From a virus, in the IMG/VR virus record IMGVR_UViG_3300031519_004559: DNA of 64,000 nucleotides; one strand, 5' to 3'. The notes beneath the pieces are model-generated. The model searched no databases and was not told the origin of the DNA. It saw only the letters and a list, made by a program, of their open reading frames with translations. Shown piece by piece: positions 46,615 to 56,208 of this stretch. Position 1 is the stretch's first letter. Every line of letters starts with the position of its first letter. A program made the position numbers and the translations under genes.

Positions 46615-47678
46615 TGTATAACTATGCCGATATAAGATCAATTCATCTTGAAGTAACACAAAACTGTCAAGCTAGTTGTCCTATGTGTGATCGTAACATG
46701 AACGGCAAGGGCATTAATCCTCACATTAATTTAGATGAACTTAGTTTAGAAGATTGTAAAACGATATTCCTCCCAGAGTTTATTGCACAGCTAAACACAA
46801 TGTATATGTGCGGCAACCTAGGTGATCCTATTGTAGCACGAGATACATTAGAAATATTCAAATACTTTAGAGAGCATAACCCTACAATGTGGTTAAGCAT
46901 GAATACCAATGCCGGTGCAAAGAGTGTTGAGTGGTGGGCAGAGCTTGCCGAAGTTATTAATAAGAAAGGCGCAGTTATATTCAGCGTAGACGGATTGCGT
47001 GATACTAATCATCTTTACCGTCAAGGAGTAAACTGGGACAACATAGAGCGCAATATGCAAGCGTTTATTAATGCTGGAGGCAGAGCACGTTGGGACTTTT
47101 TAATATTTGAACACAATCAACATCAAGTAGATGAAGCAGAAGCACTTGCAATGTCTTGGGGTTGTGAAAAGTTTATGAAAAAGAAAACAGGCAGATTTAT
47201 CACACAAGATTCAAAGAAGAAAGAATCTCATCAATCTCAGGACCGCAAAGGTAACAACTCTGCTGAACTTAAAAAACCAGATGCAAAGTATGTTAACAAA
47301 GCACTTAGTAAGCAAGAAGTAATTATCAACAAGTACGGTACTATGGATGCTTACTACGATGCGGCCCCTATCATTTGTAAAGTAAAGAAAGATAACAGTT
47401 TGTTTATTACAGCAGAGGGTCTAGCAATGCCGTGTTGTTGGACTGCTGGACGTATGTACAAATGGTGGCATAAGGATCCTAAAGTAGAACAGATATGGGA
47501 CTTTATTGATAAAGATGCACTAGATGCACGTAACGGCTTAGAGCAAGTATTTGCTACAGGTGCATTTGACAGAATACAAGACAGCTGGAATAAACCTAGT
47601 TGCAGTGACGGAAAACTTAAAGTGTGTGCTATGAAATGTGGCGCCGAGTTCGATCCTTATGCAGAACAATTCAAATAA
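46614..47678 (+). CDS. Radical SAM protein with C-terminal Twitch/SPASM-like domain (class A1)
   Basis: LEVTQNCQASCPMC, CGNLGDP, SVDG, C...PCCW...CAMKC; GTG start. Confidence 0.9.
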   Translation: MYNYADIRSIHLEVTQNCQASCPMCDRNMNGKGINPHINLDELSLEDCKTIFLPEFIAQLNTMYMCGNLGDPIVARDTLEIFKYFREHNPTMWLSMNTNAGAKSVEWWAELAEVINKKGAVIFSVDGLRDTNHLYRQGVNWDNIERNMQAFINAGGRARWDFLIFEHNQHQVDEAEALAMSWGCEKFMKKKTGRFITQDSKKKESHQSQDRKGNNSAELKKPDAKYVNKALSKQEVIINKYGTMDAYYDAAPIICKVKKDNSLFITAEGLAMPCCWTAGRMYKWWHKDPKVEQIWDFIDKDALDARNGLEQVFATGAFDRIQDSWNKPSCSDGKLKVCAMKCGAEFDPYAEQFK

Positions 47679-47681
47679 GTA
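47676..47681 (+). promoter_or_regulatory. Possible late promoter TAAGTA
   Basis: 8 nt upstream of ATG 47690, no SD. Confidence 0.35.
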
Positions 47682-47689
47682 GATATGCA

Positions 47690-48721
47690 ATGAATATAGA
47701 TAACATTAAAAAAATAGAACTTGAAATAACAAGTAATTGTAATGCAGCCTGTCCAGGGTGTGCAAGAACACAAAATATAGACTTATTTGATGTTGAAAGT
47801 TTTTATTTAGAAGATATAAAACGATTATTCCCTACAGAAAGATATATTGCTAATAAGCAATTTAAATTTTGTGGAGTTCTTGGCGATCCGGCGCTGAACA
47901 AAGACGCCGTGCTTATGACAGAATATCTTACCAATTCTAGAGGATATTGTCAATGGAGTACAAATGGTGCATACCAAACTGCAGACTGGTGGAGCAAATT
48001 AGGACAAATTAGCAAAGATACTAATCTAGTTGACGTTAGTTTTTGCGTAGATGGACACAAAGAAACCAATCATATCTATAGAGTTGGTACTAAGTGGAAT
48101 GTACTTGAACGAAATATGCAAGCATATAGTGATGCAGGAGGCAAGGCAACTTGGATCTTTATTGTATTTGACCACAACGAATATGAACTAGAGGCTGCAA
48201 GAGAACATGCAAAACGTTTAGGATTTACTTTTGCAACACGCACAGGAATGCGTAATAGCTATCATGATTGGGTAGCATTGATTGGTAAAAAGAATCAGCA
48301 AGAAAAGAAAGTTATAACAACTACTGGTAAAAAAGAACACAGTAAAAAAGCACAAGTTGAACAGTTAGATAAAATTATTTTAGAAAATAAAGTTGACGAA
48401 AAAATTATCAACACCATCAAATGTAAACTAATACACGAGGGTGAAATATTCATTAGTGCAAAACAAGAACTTTGGCCTTGTTGTTTTCTATGGGATAGCG
48501 CATTTAAAAATAAGGAAAACATACTTGATAAACTCAGTGAATATCAAACAGGTTGGAATAGTTTAAAGACAAACAGTATCGAAGACGTGTTAGTACATCC
48601 TTGGTTTGATAAAGTGTTAAGTGACAGCTGGGATCCTACACACAGCAAGCATATTACACGTTGTATCAGAACTTGTGCGTACAACAAGGCATATCAAAAT
48701 GAAATAAAGGTAGAAGCATAA
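47690..48721 (+). CDS. Radical SAM/Twitch protein (class A2)
   Basis: LEITSNCNAACPGC, CGVLGDP, VDG, C...WPCC...CIRTC; start moved to MNIDN. Confidence 0.9.
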   Translation: MNIDNIKKIELEITSNCNAACPGCARTQNIDLFDVESFYLEDIKRLFPTERYIANKQFKFCGVLGDPALNKDAVLMTEYLTNSRGYCQWSTNGAYQTADWWSKLGQISKDTNLVDVSFCVDGHKETNHIYRVGTKWNVLERNMQAYSDAGGKATWIFIVFDHNEYELEAAREHAKRLGFTFATRTGMRNSYHDWVALIGKKNQQEKKVITTTGKKEHSKKAQVEQLDKIILENKVDEKIINTIKCKLIHEGEIFISAKQELWPCCFLWDSAFKNKENILDKLSEYQTGWNSLKTNSIEDVLVHPWFDKVLSDSWDPTHSKHITRCIRTCAYNKAYQNEIKVEA

Positions 48722-49678
48722 ATGAGCTGGTCTAGTGAAACATTAGAATGGATTGATATTGAATTAACTAGTTTTTGCAACATTAAATGCAAAGGCTGCT
48801 TTCGAGTTATATCTAAAGAAGCAGATAAAATATTAAACAAATCCTATATAGACATTGATGTAATACGTAAACGTTTTCAAAAAGAAATGTTTCCTAGCAT
48901 AAAGATTATTAATTTTTGTGGCAGTGTTGACGAGCCATGTAGTCATCCGCAATTTTTTGAAATTATAAAACATTTTGCTGATTGGGATTGTCACATTAAT
49001 ATTGCCACTAATGGTAGTTTGCGCACAGTAAAATGGTGGACAGAACTAGCTAGTGTACTTCCTAGAAGTCATAAAGTAGTTTGGGGCATTGATGGTAGCG
49101 ACGAGTTGTCAGAAGAGTATAGAGAAGGTAGTAGTTTTAAGAAAGTACAACAGAACTACAGAGCATTTATAGCAGCAGGCGGCAGAGCTAATTGGCAATT
49201 TATTAGTTTTGAACATAATGAACATCAGTTAGAAACAGCAAGACAGATAGCAAAAGACGAAGGCTTTATAGAGTTTAAAACTATTATAAGCCACAGAAAA
49301 GATTCAGGAGGCGTAAAACATAAAAAAGTCGAAGCCCAAGAGTCGCCGTGTATTAGTTGTAAGTATTCTAACCAAAAACGTATTTTTGTAAATCATATGG
49401 GCAATGTTATACCATGTTGTCATTTGAATAGTAAGATGTTAGAATTTGCAGTAAATCCTAAACCAAAAGACCGTTTCGAAGAAATATTAGTTGAAGAAGA
49501 TTATATGAATGATATTAATCTTGCAAATGTTTCTTTAGATGAAGCAATGAATGGAAAAGTTTGGACAGAGATACAAAACAGTTGGACAGGTGATGATCGG
49601 ATCGGCAAGTGTGTAAGCACATGTAAGGAAAATAATCGAGATATTTTTATTAAAGAACAGTTGGGAGTTAAAAGATGA
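48722..49678 (+). CDS. Radical SAM/Twitch protein (class A3)
   Basis: IELTSFCNIKCKGC, CGSVDEP, GIDG, PCCH, CVSTC. Confidence 0.9.
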   Translation: MSWSSETLEWIDIELTSFCNIKCKGCFRVISKEADKILNKSYIDIDVIRKRFQKEMFPSIKIINFCGSVDEPCSHPQFFEIIKHFADWDCHINIATNGSLRTVKWWTELASVLPRSHKVVWGIDGSDELSEEYREGSSFKKVQQNYRAFIAAGGRANWQFISFEHNEHQLETARQIAKDEGFIEFKTIISHRKDSGGVKHKKVEAQESPCISCKYSNQKRIFVNHMGNVIPCCHLNSKMLEFAVNPKPKDRFEEILVEEDYMNDINLANVSLDEAMNGKVWTEIQNSWTGDDRIGKCVSTCKENNRDIFIKEQLGVKR

Positions 49679-50223
49679 AATTTAGTGCTAGTTGTGGTGG
49701 TATACATTCTGTAGTAGGCAATGACTATACTTTTAAGGACGCAAGGGGCAAGTGCCCAGGAGATAGCGATCCTTTCTACGACCGTGATACAGGAAAACAA
49801 CGTTGGGCTTATAAAGAACGCAACGAAGCAAAAAGCCCACTACTACATCCTGGCAAGTATGAATTCCAGGCAGATGTTAGTATACACGCTGACAACGTTC
49901 GTCATGCAGAATGGTACAGCATATTTCAAATACACAACGGTGTCCGCGACGGAATACCGCCTAGTATGTTTACGGTATGTCAGTATGGAAGATGGCATAT
50001 TGATGGTCGAGATACTCATGTAACTCCAAAACTAGAATTTGCTCTTAAAGTAAATTTAGAAATTAAGGAAAATTTTATTACTGTTGATTATTACGTTGAT
50101 GAAGAATACCTGGGGTCGTCTAGAACGTACGAATTAGCACAACCTTTTATAAAATTTGGATTATACAGAATGAACGAATATTGTTCAGCAACACAAATAT
50201 ATAAAAATGTAAGAGTTAATTAA
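49675..50223 (+). CDS. Polysaccharide lyase-like beta-jelly-roll protein
   Basis: ERNE, FQIH and FIKFGLYR correspond to the RxEL, QIH and YFKxGxY motifs of PL7-type/heparin-lyase-like folds. Confidence 0.65.
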   Translation: MKFSASCGGIHSVVGNDYTFKDARGKCPGDSDPFYDRDTGKQRWAYKERNEAKSPLLHPGKYEFQADVSIHADNVRHAEWYSIFQIHNGVRDGIPPSMFTVCQYGRWHIDGRDTHVTPKLEFALKVNLEIKENFITVDYYVDEEYLGSSRTYELAQPFIKFGLYRMNEYCSATQIYKNVRVN

Positions 50224-51273
50224 ATGAGTTGGCCGATAAAACCTAATAAAGTAAGAAAAGTACAAATGGAAATTACAAATTATTGTAATGCAAGATGTTC
50301 TGCTTGTGCAAGAGAGAAAATTGTTTTAGGAAAATTAGAACCTAATATACTAGGCATAAATGACAACTATATAACATATGAACAATTTGTCAGTTGGTTT
50401 ACTAAAGATGATTGGTCAGAATTAAGACTGCTTGACTTCTGTGGTAACATAGACGAACCTACAACTAATCCTGATTTAGAAAAAATTATAAAGTGGATAC
50501 TAACATATGAAGGGTTTGATCCTAGGTTACAAATTAATATTGCTACTAATGGCGGAACACGTAATAAAGCATTTTGGAAAAACTTAGGACACCTATCTGC
50601 CAAATATACATCTCCCATAACGCGACAAAATGGAGGCATTAAACGCTTGCACGTTATTTGGGGTATAGACGGATTAGAGGATACTAATCATTTGTACAGA
50701 CGAAATGTAAAATGGGAGAAATTACAAGAAAATTTTAGAACCTATATTAAATATGGCGGAAGAGCAACTTGGCAATTTATATATTTTGCATGGAATGAAC
50801 ATCAAGACGAAGAAGTTAAACAGCGCAGTATTGACGAAGGATTTGAAAAACTAAAATGGCGTAATACAAAACGCGGTGATAGAGGCGAAACTAAACCTGC
50901 AAAAAAAGAACAATTTATAAAAGATAACAATAAACCAAAAGGAAAAATTGTTTGTAAAGCATGTTTTAGGCCAAACTACTTTGGTTTAGAAACAGGGTTG
51001 TTTGTTACTAATAAAGGACACGTTATGCCCTGTTGCTGGCTAGGCACAGAAGCAAAAATGAATGACGTATATAAAGACCATGGATACAAATACGACAAAA
51101 ATGATAATGTTCTAGATGGTAAAAAAAGTTTTGCAGATATTTTAAGTAGTGAATGGTATAGTAATATAATGAAAACTATTATGGCAGAAACTTGGGATGC
51201 CTGTGTATCACATTGCAAAGAAAATGCAGTAGAAGCAATCACTGACGACTGGAATATAAAACAAGATGATTAA
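50224..51273 (+). CDS. Radical SAM/Twitch protein (class A4)
   Basis: MEITNYCNARCSAC, CGNIDEP, GIDG, PCCW, CVSHC. Confidence 0.9.
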   Translation: MSWPIKPNKVRKVQMEITNYCNARCSACAREKIVLGKLEPNILGINDNYITYEQFVSWFTKDDWSELRLLDFCGNIDEPTTNPDLEKIIKWILTYEGFDPRLQINIATNGGTRNKAFWKNLGHLSAKYTSPITRQNGGIKRLHVIWGIDGLEDTNHLYRRNVKWEKLQENFRTYIKYGGRATWQFIYFAWNEHQDEEVKQRSIDEGFEKLKWRNTKRGDRGETKPAKKEQFIKDNNKPKGKIVCKACFRPNYFGLETGLFVTNKGHVMPCCWLGTEAKMNDVYKDHGYKYDKNDNVLDGKKSFADILSSEWYSNIMKTIMAETWDACVSHCKENAVEAITDDWNIKQDD

Positions 51274-51304
51274 ATCAGTAATTAAATTAATAAAACGGAT
51301 ACAC

Positions 51305-51312
51305 GATAAGTA
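51305..51312 (+). promoter_or_regulatory. Putative late promoter GATAAGTA
   Basis: In the largest intergenic gap of the island, 8 nt upstream of ATG 51321, no SD. Confidence 0.5.
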
Positions 51313-51320
51313 CGTATATA

Positions 51321-52736
51321 ATGACAGATAAAACAAATAAATATCCATCAGACACATTTTGTTTATTACCGTGGGTGCATCTAAGCACTAGACCCGACGG
51401 TAGTATGCGAGTATGCTGTACTGCAAATGCTAGTAGTGTTGGAGCTACTAATGACAAAGAACACGGAGGCCAAGTCGGCATTCTTAAAACCGATGACGGT
51501 AAGCCTAACAATTTAAATGTTAGTGACTTTGAGTCAGCTTGGAATAGTACATATATGAAAAATGTACGTATGCAGATGCTCGCCGGAGAAAAGCCACCTA
51601 GCTGTTTAAAATGTTATAAAGAAGAAGCAGCCGGGCACCGAAGTAAACGTATGTGGGAAACAGATTATTGGGGCAAGCGAGTTGATCTTGATAAAATACT
51701 TTCTGATACACAACCTGACGGCGAAGTGCCGCCTAACTTAGCATACATTGATCTACGTTTTGGTACCAAATGTCAATTAGCGTGTGTTATGTGTAGCCCA
51801 CATGATAGCAGTGGCTGGATCAAAGATTATAAAAAGATCTTTCCTGAAGTAAAAAACGAATCCCTAAAAGAGATTATGCAATGGAAAGACAAAGGCAGCA
51901 CCAATGGTAGTAGCTACAACTGGCATAAACAAAACCCTACGTTTTGGAAACAGTTTTACGAGCAAATGCCTAGTATGCAACAGATATATTTTGCTGGCGG
52001 CGAAAGTCTTATCATTGAAGAACACTATGAAATACTTGAACATGCAATTAAAATGGGTTATGCAAAAGACTTAGAACTACGTTACAACTCAAACGGAGTT
52101 GAATGGAGAGAAGACTTATTTGAATTGTGGAAAGAATTCAAACTAGTACGTTTCCACTACAGTATAGACAGCATTAAAGAAATGAATGACTACATTCGTT
52201 ATCCTAGTACATGGAGTCGCCAAGAAGAAGTATTCCATCTGCTAGATACACAAACAAGTGATAACGTTGAAGTTACTATTGCGTGTGCAGTACAGGCATT
52301 AAATGTATATTACTTGCCAGATTTCATTCAATGGAAGCTAGAGCAAAAGTTTAAGAAAGTTAACATGTGGCCATTTGGTGCCGGCGGTATTAGTCAGCAC
52401 TTTGTATATTGGCCTGCACATTTAAATGTTAAAAGTTTGCCTGCAGATTTTAAAGCTAAGTGTAGAGCAAAATATGAAGCATGGTATCCTTGGTGGGAAG
52501 CAAACTGGGAGTTAGGTATTCCAGAATGGCACAAAGGTAAAGTAGAGTATGATACTTGGCGCAGTGCAGAGTACGGTATTAAACGGCTTAACGGCATTCT
52601 TAGCTTTATGGAAAGTGAAGACTGGAGCCAACGCTTGCCTGAGATGAAAGAGTTTTTAGGGTTGTGTGACAAGCAACGTGGAAATACTTTCGAAGAAACG
52701 TTTCCAGAAATGATTGAGATTTTTAAAGATGTCTAA
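51321..52736 (+). CDS. Radical SAM protein with N-terminal Twitch/SPASM-like domain (class B1)
   Basis: CLLPW...DGSMRVCC...CLKC precedes DLRFGTKCQLACVMC and FAGGE. Confidence 0.9.
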   Translation: MTDKTNKYPSDTFCLLPWVHLSTRPDGSMRVCCTANASSVGATNDKEHGGQVGILKTDDGKPNNLNVSDFESAWNSTYMKNVRMQMLAGEKPPSCLKCYKEEAAGHRSKRMWETDYWGKRVDLDKILSDTQPDGEVPPNLAYIDLRFGTKCQLACVMCSPHDSSGWIKDYKKIFPEVKNESLKEIMQWKDKGSTNGSSYNWHKQNPTFWKQFYEQMPSMQQIYFAGGESLIIEEHYEILEHAIKMGYAKDLELRYNSNGVEWREDLFELWKEFKLVRFHYSIDSIKEMNDYIRYPSTWSRQEEVFHLLDTQTSDNVEVTIACAVQALNVYYLPDFIQWKLEQKFKKVNMWPFGAGGISQHFVYWPAHLNVKSLPADFKAKCRAKYEAWYPWWEANWELGIPEWHKGKVEYDTWRSAEYGIKRLNGILSFMESEDWSQRLPEMKEFLGLCDKQRGNTFEETFPEMIEIFKDV

Positions 52737-54030
52737 GTTGCCATGTTACTATGCACACGGGGGACTAAATTATAAGAATGGTTTTGCAACCACGTGTCCT
52801 ATTAGCGGTGCCAGATTAAAAATGTTAGACGGCCAACTGCCTAGCGAATTTTGGAATAATGATAAATTTAAAGAATATCGAAAAAGTTTAGATAGGGGAG
52901 AATGGCCGAGTGATTGCAATCTATGTCAAATAGCTGAAGAAGTTGATAATACAAGAAGTATGCGCAATGATTATAAAGCTGATCTAAGTCACTACAATCC
53001 TGCAACAGGTGCTATAAAATTTACCGGGCTAAAGCATGTAGAACTTAGATTTAGTAATGCATGTAATATGGCATGCCTGCATTGTAGCGAAGTGTATAGT
53101 AGTCAATGGGGTAGCAGGCTTAAGAATTATGTTCCAGACGATATTGATGTCAAGTATAACTTAGAACAGTTAACACAGACTCAACACCGTAATGGCGACA
53201 ACGACACAACAAAAATAGATTTAAAAACAGCTGAAGCTATTAGGATAGCAACAGATTTAGTTGAAAATTTTCCTAATATTGAAAAAATAGATTTTGCTGG
53301 CGGCGAAGTTTTATATCAAAAACAGTTTTTCCCTACATTAGAAAAACTAGCAGAACATCCTAATGCAAAAAATATATTATTATTTTTTCATACTAATTTT
53401 AATGCAGATTTTGATGTTAATAGATTAAGCGAACTATTAGGAATGTTTGGTGAAAGCCAAATGAAAATAAGTGTTGATGCAGGGAAGAATATTTACAGTT
53501 ACTTTAGAGATGGTAAATGGTCTGTTTTGAATGAGAATTTAAAAAAGTTTAAACAGGTAAACAACTTTACTGTTGTTGACACAGTGGTTACAACAAGTAT
53601 ATACCAAATAATGGATATTGAAAATATAATGATGAGTTTATTAGAATTAGGAGTTGATTACATAACTTCAAGTATAGTGTTTGGTCCAAGCTATATTAAT
53701 CCTGCACTTATAATGCGTAAGTTCTCTGCAGAAGTACATGCAGATATTCATGAAACACGTATTCGGATTAATAAAGAACGTAGACGTAGACTATCGATTG
53801 CTGAATCTTATAGAACTTGGCATTCTGGTAGAAAGAATTTTTCTGATATCGAAAGCGCATTAAAGAGTCTTGATCTTATAGAAGCATATATCACTAGTCA
53901 TAAAACTACAGAGCATGACTGGGAAGGATTTTTACATTATTCAACCAGAATTGATAAACTATGGAACCAGAGATTTAATGACTCATTTGTTAAGTACAAA
54001 TTTAATAACAATGATCTTGTAAGGATATAA
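52729..54030 (+). CDS. Radical SAM protein with N-terminal Twitch-like domain (class B2)
   Basis: PCYY...TCP...CNLC, then ELRFSNACNMACLHC, FAGGE; start moved to MSKLPC. Confidence 0.88.
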   Translation: MSKLPCYYAHGGLNYKNGFATTCPISGARLKMLDGQLPSEFWNNDKFKEYRKSLDRGEWPSDCNLCQIAEEVDNTRSMRNDYKADLSHYNPATGAIKFTGLKHVELRFSNACNMACLHCSEVYSSQWGSRLKNYVPDDIDVKYNLEQLTQTQHRNGDNDTTKIDLKTAEAIRIATDLVENFPNIEKIDFAGGEVLYQKQFFPTLEKLAEHPNAKNILLFFHTNFNADFDVNRLSELLGMFGESQMKISVDAGKNIYSYFRDGKWSVLNENLKKFKQVNNFTVVDTVVTTSIYQIMDIENIMMSLLELGVDYITSSIVFGPSYINPALIMRKFSAEVHADIHETRIRINKERRRRLSIAESYRTWHSGRKNFSDIESALKSLDLIEAYITSHKTTEHDWEGFLHYSTRIDKLWNQRFNDSFVKYKFNNNDLVRI

Positions 54031-54032
54031 CA

Positions 54033-55046
54033 GTGACAACGTATAAAGACCTCAGATATAACCCAACGTTTACTCCGTCAACTAAACTAGCACACGCTAA
54101 AGAAATTAAACTATGGCAAGATAGAATAACGGAGTTAGAGGACAACTGTAGTGAAACTGTGTTTGCTATCAATCTTTCATTATGCGATAAATCAACCAAA
54201 CGTAAAATTCAAGATAAAATGTCCAATGACACAATTCAACTAGTAATATCTCATCACGAAGAACAAATTAAAAAATTATTAAACAAAAATTCTAATATTG
54301 GAGATAGAGATCTATGTAATAAAGGATTGCATCTATACAAAGTTGACGGAGTAAAAATTCCATTAAACCCTGATTGGAAAAATATTGTTGTAATGTTAAG
54401 TGGTGGTGCTGATAGTGCATGTTTAACTTACACTCTGTGTAAACTTATAAAAAAACATAAGCTAAAGATCAGAGTACATGTTATGTCTGGTATTAGAGTT
54501 TGGAAAAATAGACCTTGGGCGTCTGATGTAAGTCAAAATGTTTATAACTATCTTAAGACTGCCTGGCCAAAAATAATAGGAGCCCGTCATTCATATTTTA
54601 TCCCGCAATATTTTGAACATGGCAATTTAGGAAATGCGTTCGATGGGCAATCGGGCGAAGCTATAATATTAACTCAATACATAGAATATCTATGCATTAC
54701 AGAAAAGTATGACGCAGTGTTTGACGCTACTACTGAAAATCCTCCTAACTATTCTGACAAAAGAATGGAAGCAAGAGATCCTGGATCATCACAAATATTA
54801 TTATCCGCACAAGAAACGTATTGGAAATTGGGTCCGCTGCAAACAACTAAAAAAGATTGGGTAATAAAACAATACAAAGATAATAACATACTTGATTTAT
54901 TAAAACTTACAAGAAGCTGCGAAGGCGAATTTGTAGGATTAGATCATACAACATATATACCAAGACAGCATGTTCCAGAATGTGGAGATTGTTTTTGGTG
55001 TAAAGAAAGAAGCTGGGCTTTGAAGGAGAATAACATTGAGCTTTGA
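54033..55046 (+). CDS. PP-loop (N-type) ATP pyrophosphatase, QueC-like
   Basis: MLSGGADS; TRSC...CGDCFWCKER zinc motif; roughly 100-aa N-terminal extension. Confidence 0.8.
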   Translation: MTTYKDLRYNPTFTPSTKLAHAKEIKLWQDRITELEDNCSETVFAINLSLCDKSTKRKIQDKMSNDTIQLVISHHEEQIKKLLNKNSNIGDRDLCNKGLHLYKVDGVKIPLNPDWKNIVVMLSGGADSACLTYTLCKLIKKHKLKIRVHVMSGIRVWKNRPWASDVSQNVYNYLKTAWPKIIGARHSYFIPQYFEHGNLGNAFDGQSGEAIILTQYIEYLCITEKYDAVFDATTENPPNYSDKRMEARDPGSSQILLSAQETYWKLGPLQTTKKDWVIKQYKDNNILDLLKLTRSCEGEFVGLDHTTYIPRQHVPECGDCFWCKERSWALKENNIEL

Positions 55047-56208
55047 TACCGTCGATTTAATTACCGGTAAAGTTTTTCAAGTAACATGGGATACTGGTAG
55101 ACGTTGCAATTATGATTGTAGTTATTGTCCAATTACTAGACATGACAATTTTAGTAAACATGCTACGTTAGATGAACTTAAAGCAAACACGAATTTTCTG
55201 TTTGAATATATTGATCTACATATGCAATATAGAGATTTTAAATTTACAAGTATAAGTTTTACAGGCGGTGAACCAACTGTTAATCCTAACTTCATTCCAT
55301 TTATTCAGTATTTAAAAAGTGAATATGAATCTAAGTATGCCGATCGTTGGAAGGCAAACTTTGCTCTTACAAGTAACGGTGCCATGGGCGAAAAGATGGC
55401 ACAAAAAGTTATGGAAAATATGCGACACATTACTGTAAGCTACCATGCTGAGAGTAACGAAAAACTTAAAAAACAAGTGCGTGATAGAATTCTACAGTTC
55501 CATACCGAAGGTCGAAAGCATGGATTAACATTAAGTGTTAATGTAATGTTTCATGCAGAACACTTTGACGAGTGTAAAGACTTGTGTAGCTTTTTAGATA
55601 CACATGGTGTAAAGTATGTTCCTAGAGTTATAGGCGAAGAAAAAGATAGCAGGGCTACCTTTGCCCACAAGTACAATGCCGATCAACTTCAGTACATGAA
55701 AGACCATTGGAACAAAAAGAATGCCAAATTAAATAATGAAAAAGAAGCCGCGGCAGTGTTAAGTGCTGTAGGACAAAAAACAACTGAAAAGAAAAAACTT
55801 GGTATGGCTGCTGGACGTCCTTGTTGTGGTAGTAGAGAAATGTGTTTGTCAAATAAAGGTGTTAGTCGTAATGCTACATTTGTTGACCTACGTGAATTTA
55901 AAGGTTGGAAGTGTAGTGTAAATTGGTTCTTCTTGCATTTAGAGCAGCAAACTGATAGCGTGTTCCATCATCAAACATGTCAGGCAAAATTTGACGGTAC
56001 TAGAGGACCAATAGGTAAAATAAGTGAAGGCAAAGCAATAATTGCAGACCTAAAGAAAATGTTAGAATCAAACTCTATGCCAACTATAACATGCCCACGA
56101 CAAACTTGCGGCTGTGGGTTATGTGCGCCTAAGAGTAAGTTTTCTAAAAATTATTTAGATGTAGTAAAAAATCACATAGATACATCAGTATTAAAAGAGA
56201 TAGAATGA
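55036..56208 (+). CDS. Radical SAM protein (class C1) with Cys-rich C-terminus
   Basis: VTWDTGRRCNYDCSYC, FTGGEPT, CCG...C, C...CGCGLC; TTG start with AAGGAG SD. Confidence 0.9.
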   Translation: MSFDTVDLITGKVFQVTWDTGRRCNYDCSYCPITRHDNFSKHATLDELKANTNFLFEYIDLHMQYRDFKFTSISFTGGEPTVNPNFIPFIQYLKSEYESKYADRWKANFALTSNGAMGEKMAQKVMENMRHITVSYHAESNEKLKKQVRDRILQFHTEGRKHGLTLSVNVMFHAEHFDECKDLCSFLDTHGVKYVPRVIGEEKDSRATFAHKYNADQLQYMKDHWNKKNAKLNNEKEAAAVLSAVGQKTTEKKKLGMAAGRPCCGSREMCLSNKGVSRNATFVDLREFKGWKCSVNWFFLHLEQQTDSVFHHQTCQAKFDGTRGPIGKISEGKAIIADLKKMLESNSMPTITCPRQTCGCGLCAPKSKFSKNYLDVVKNHIDTSVLKEIE

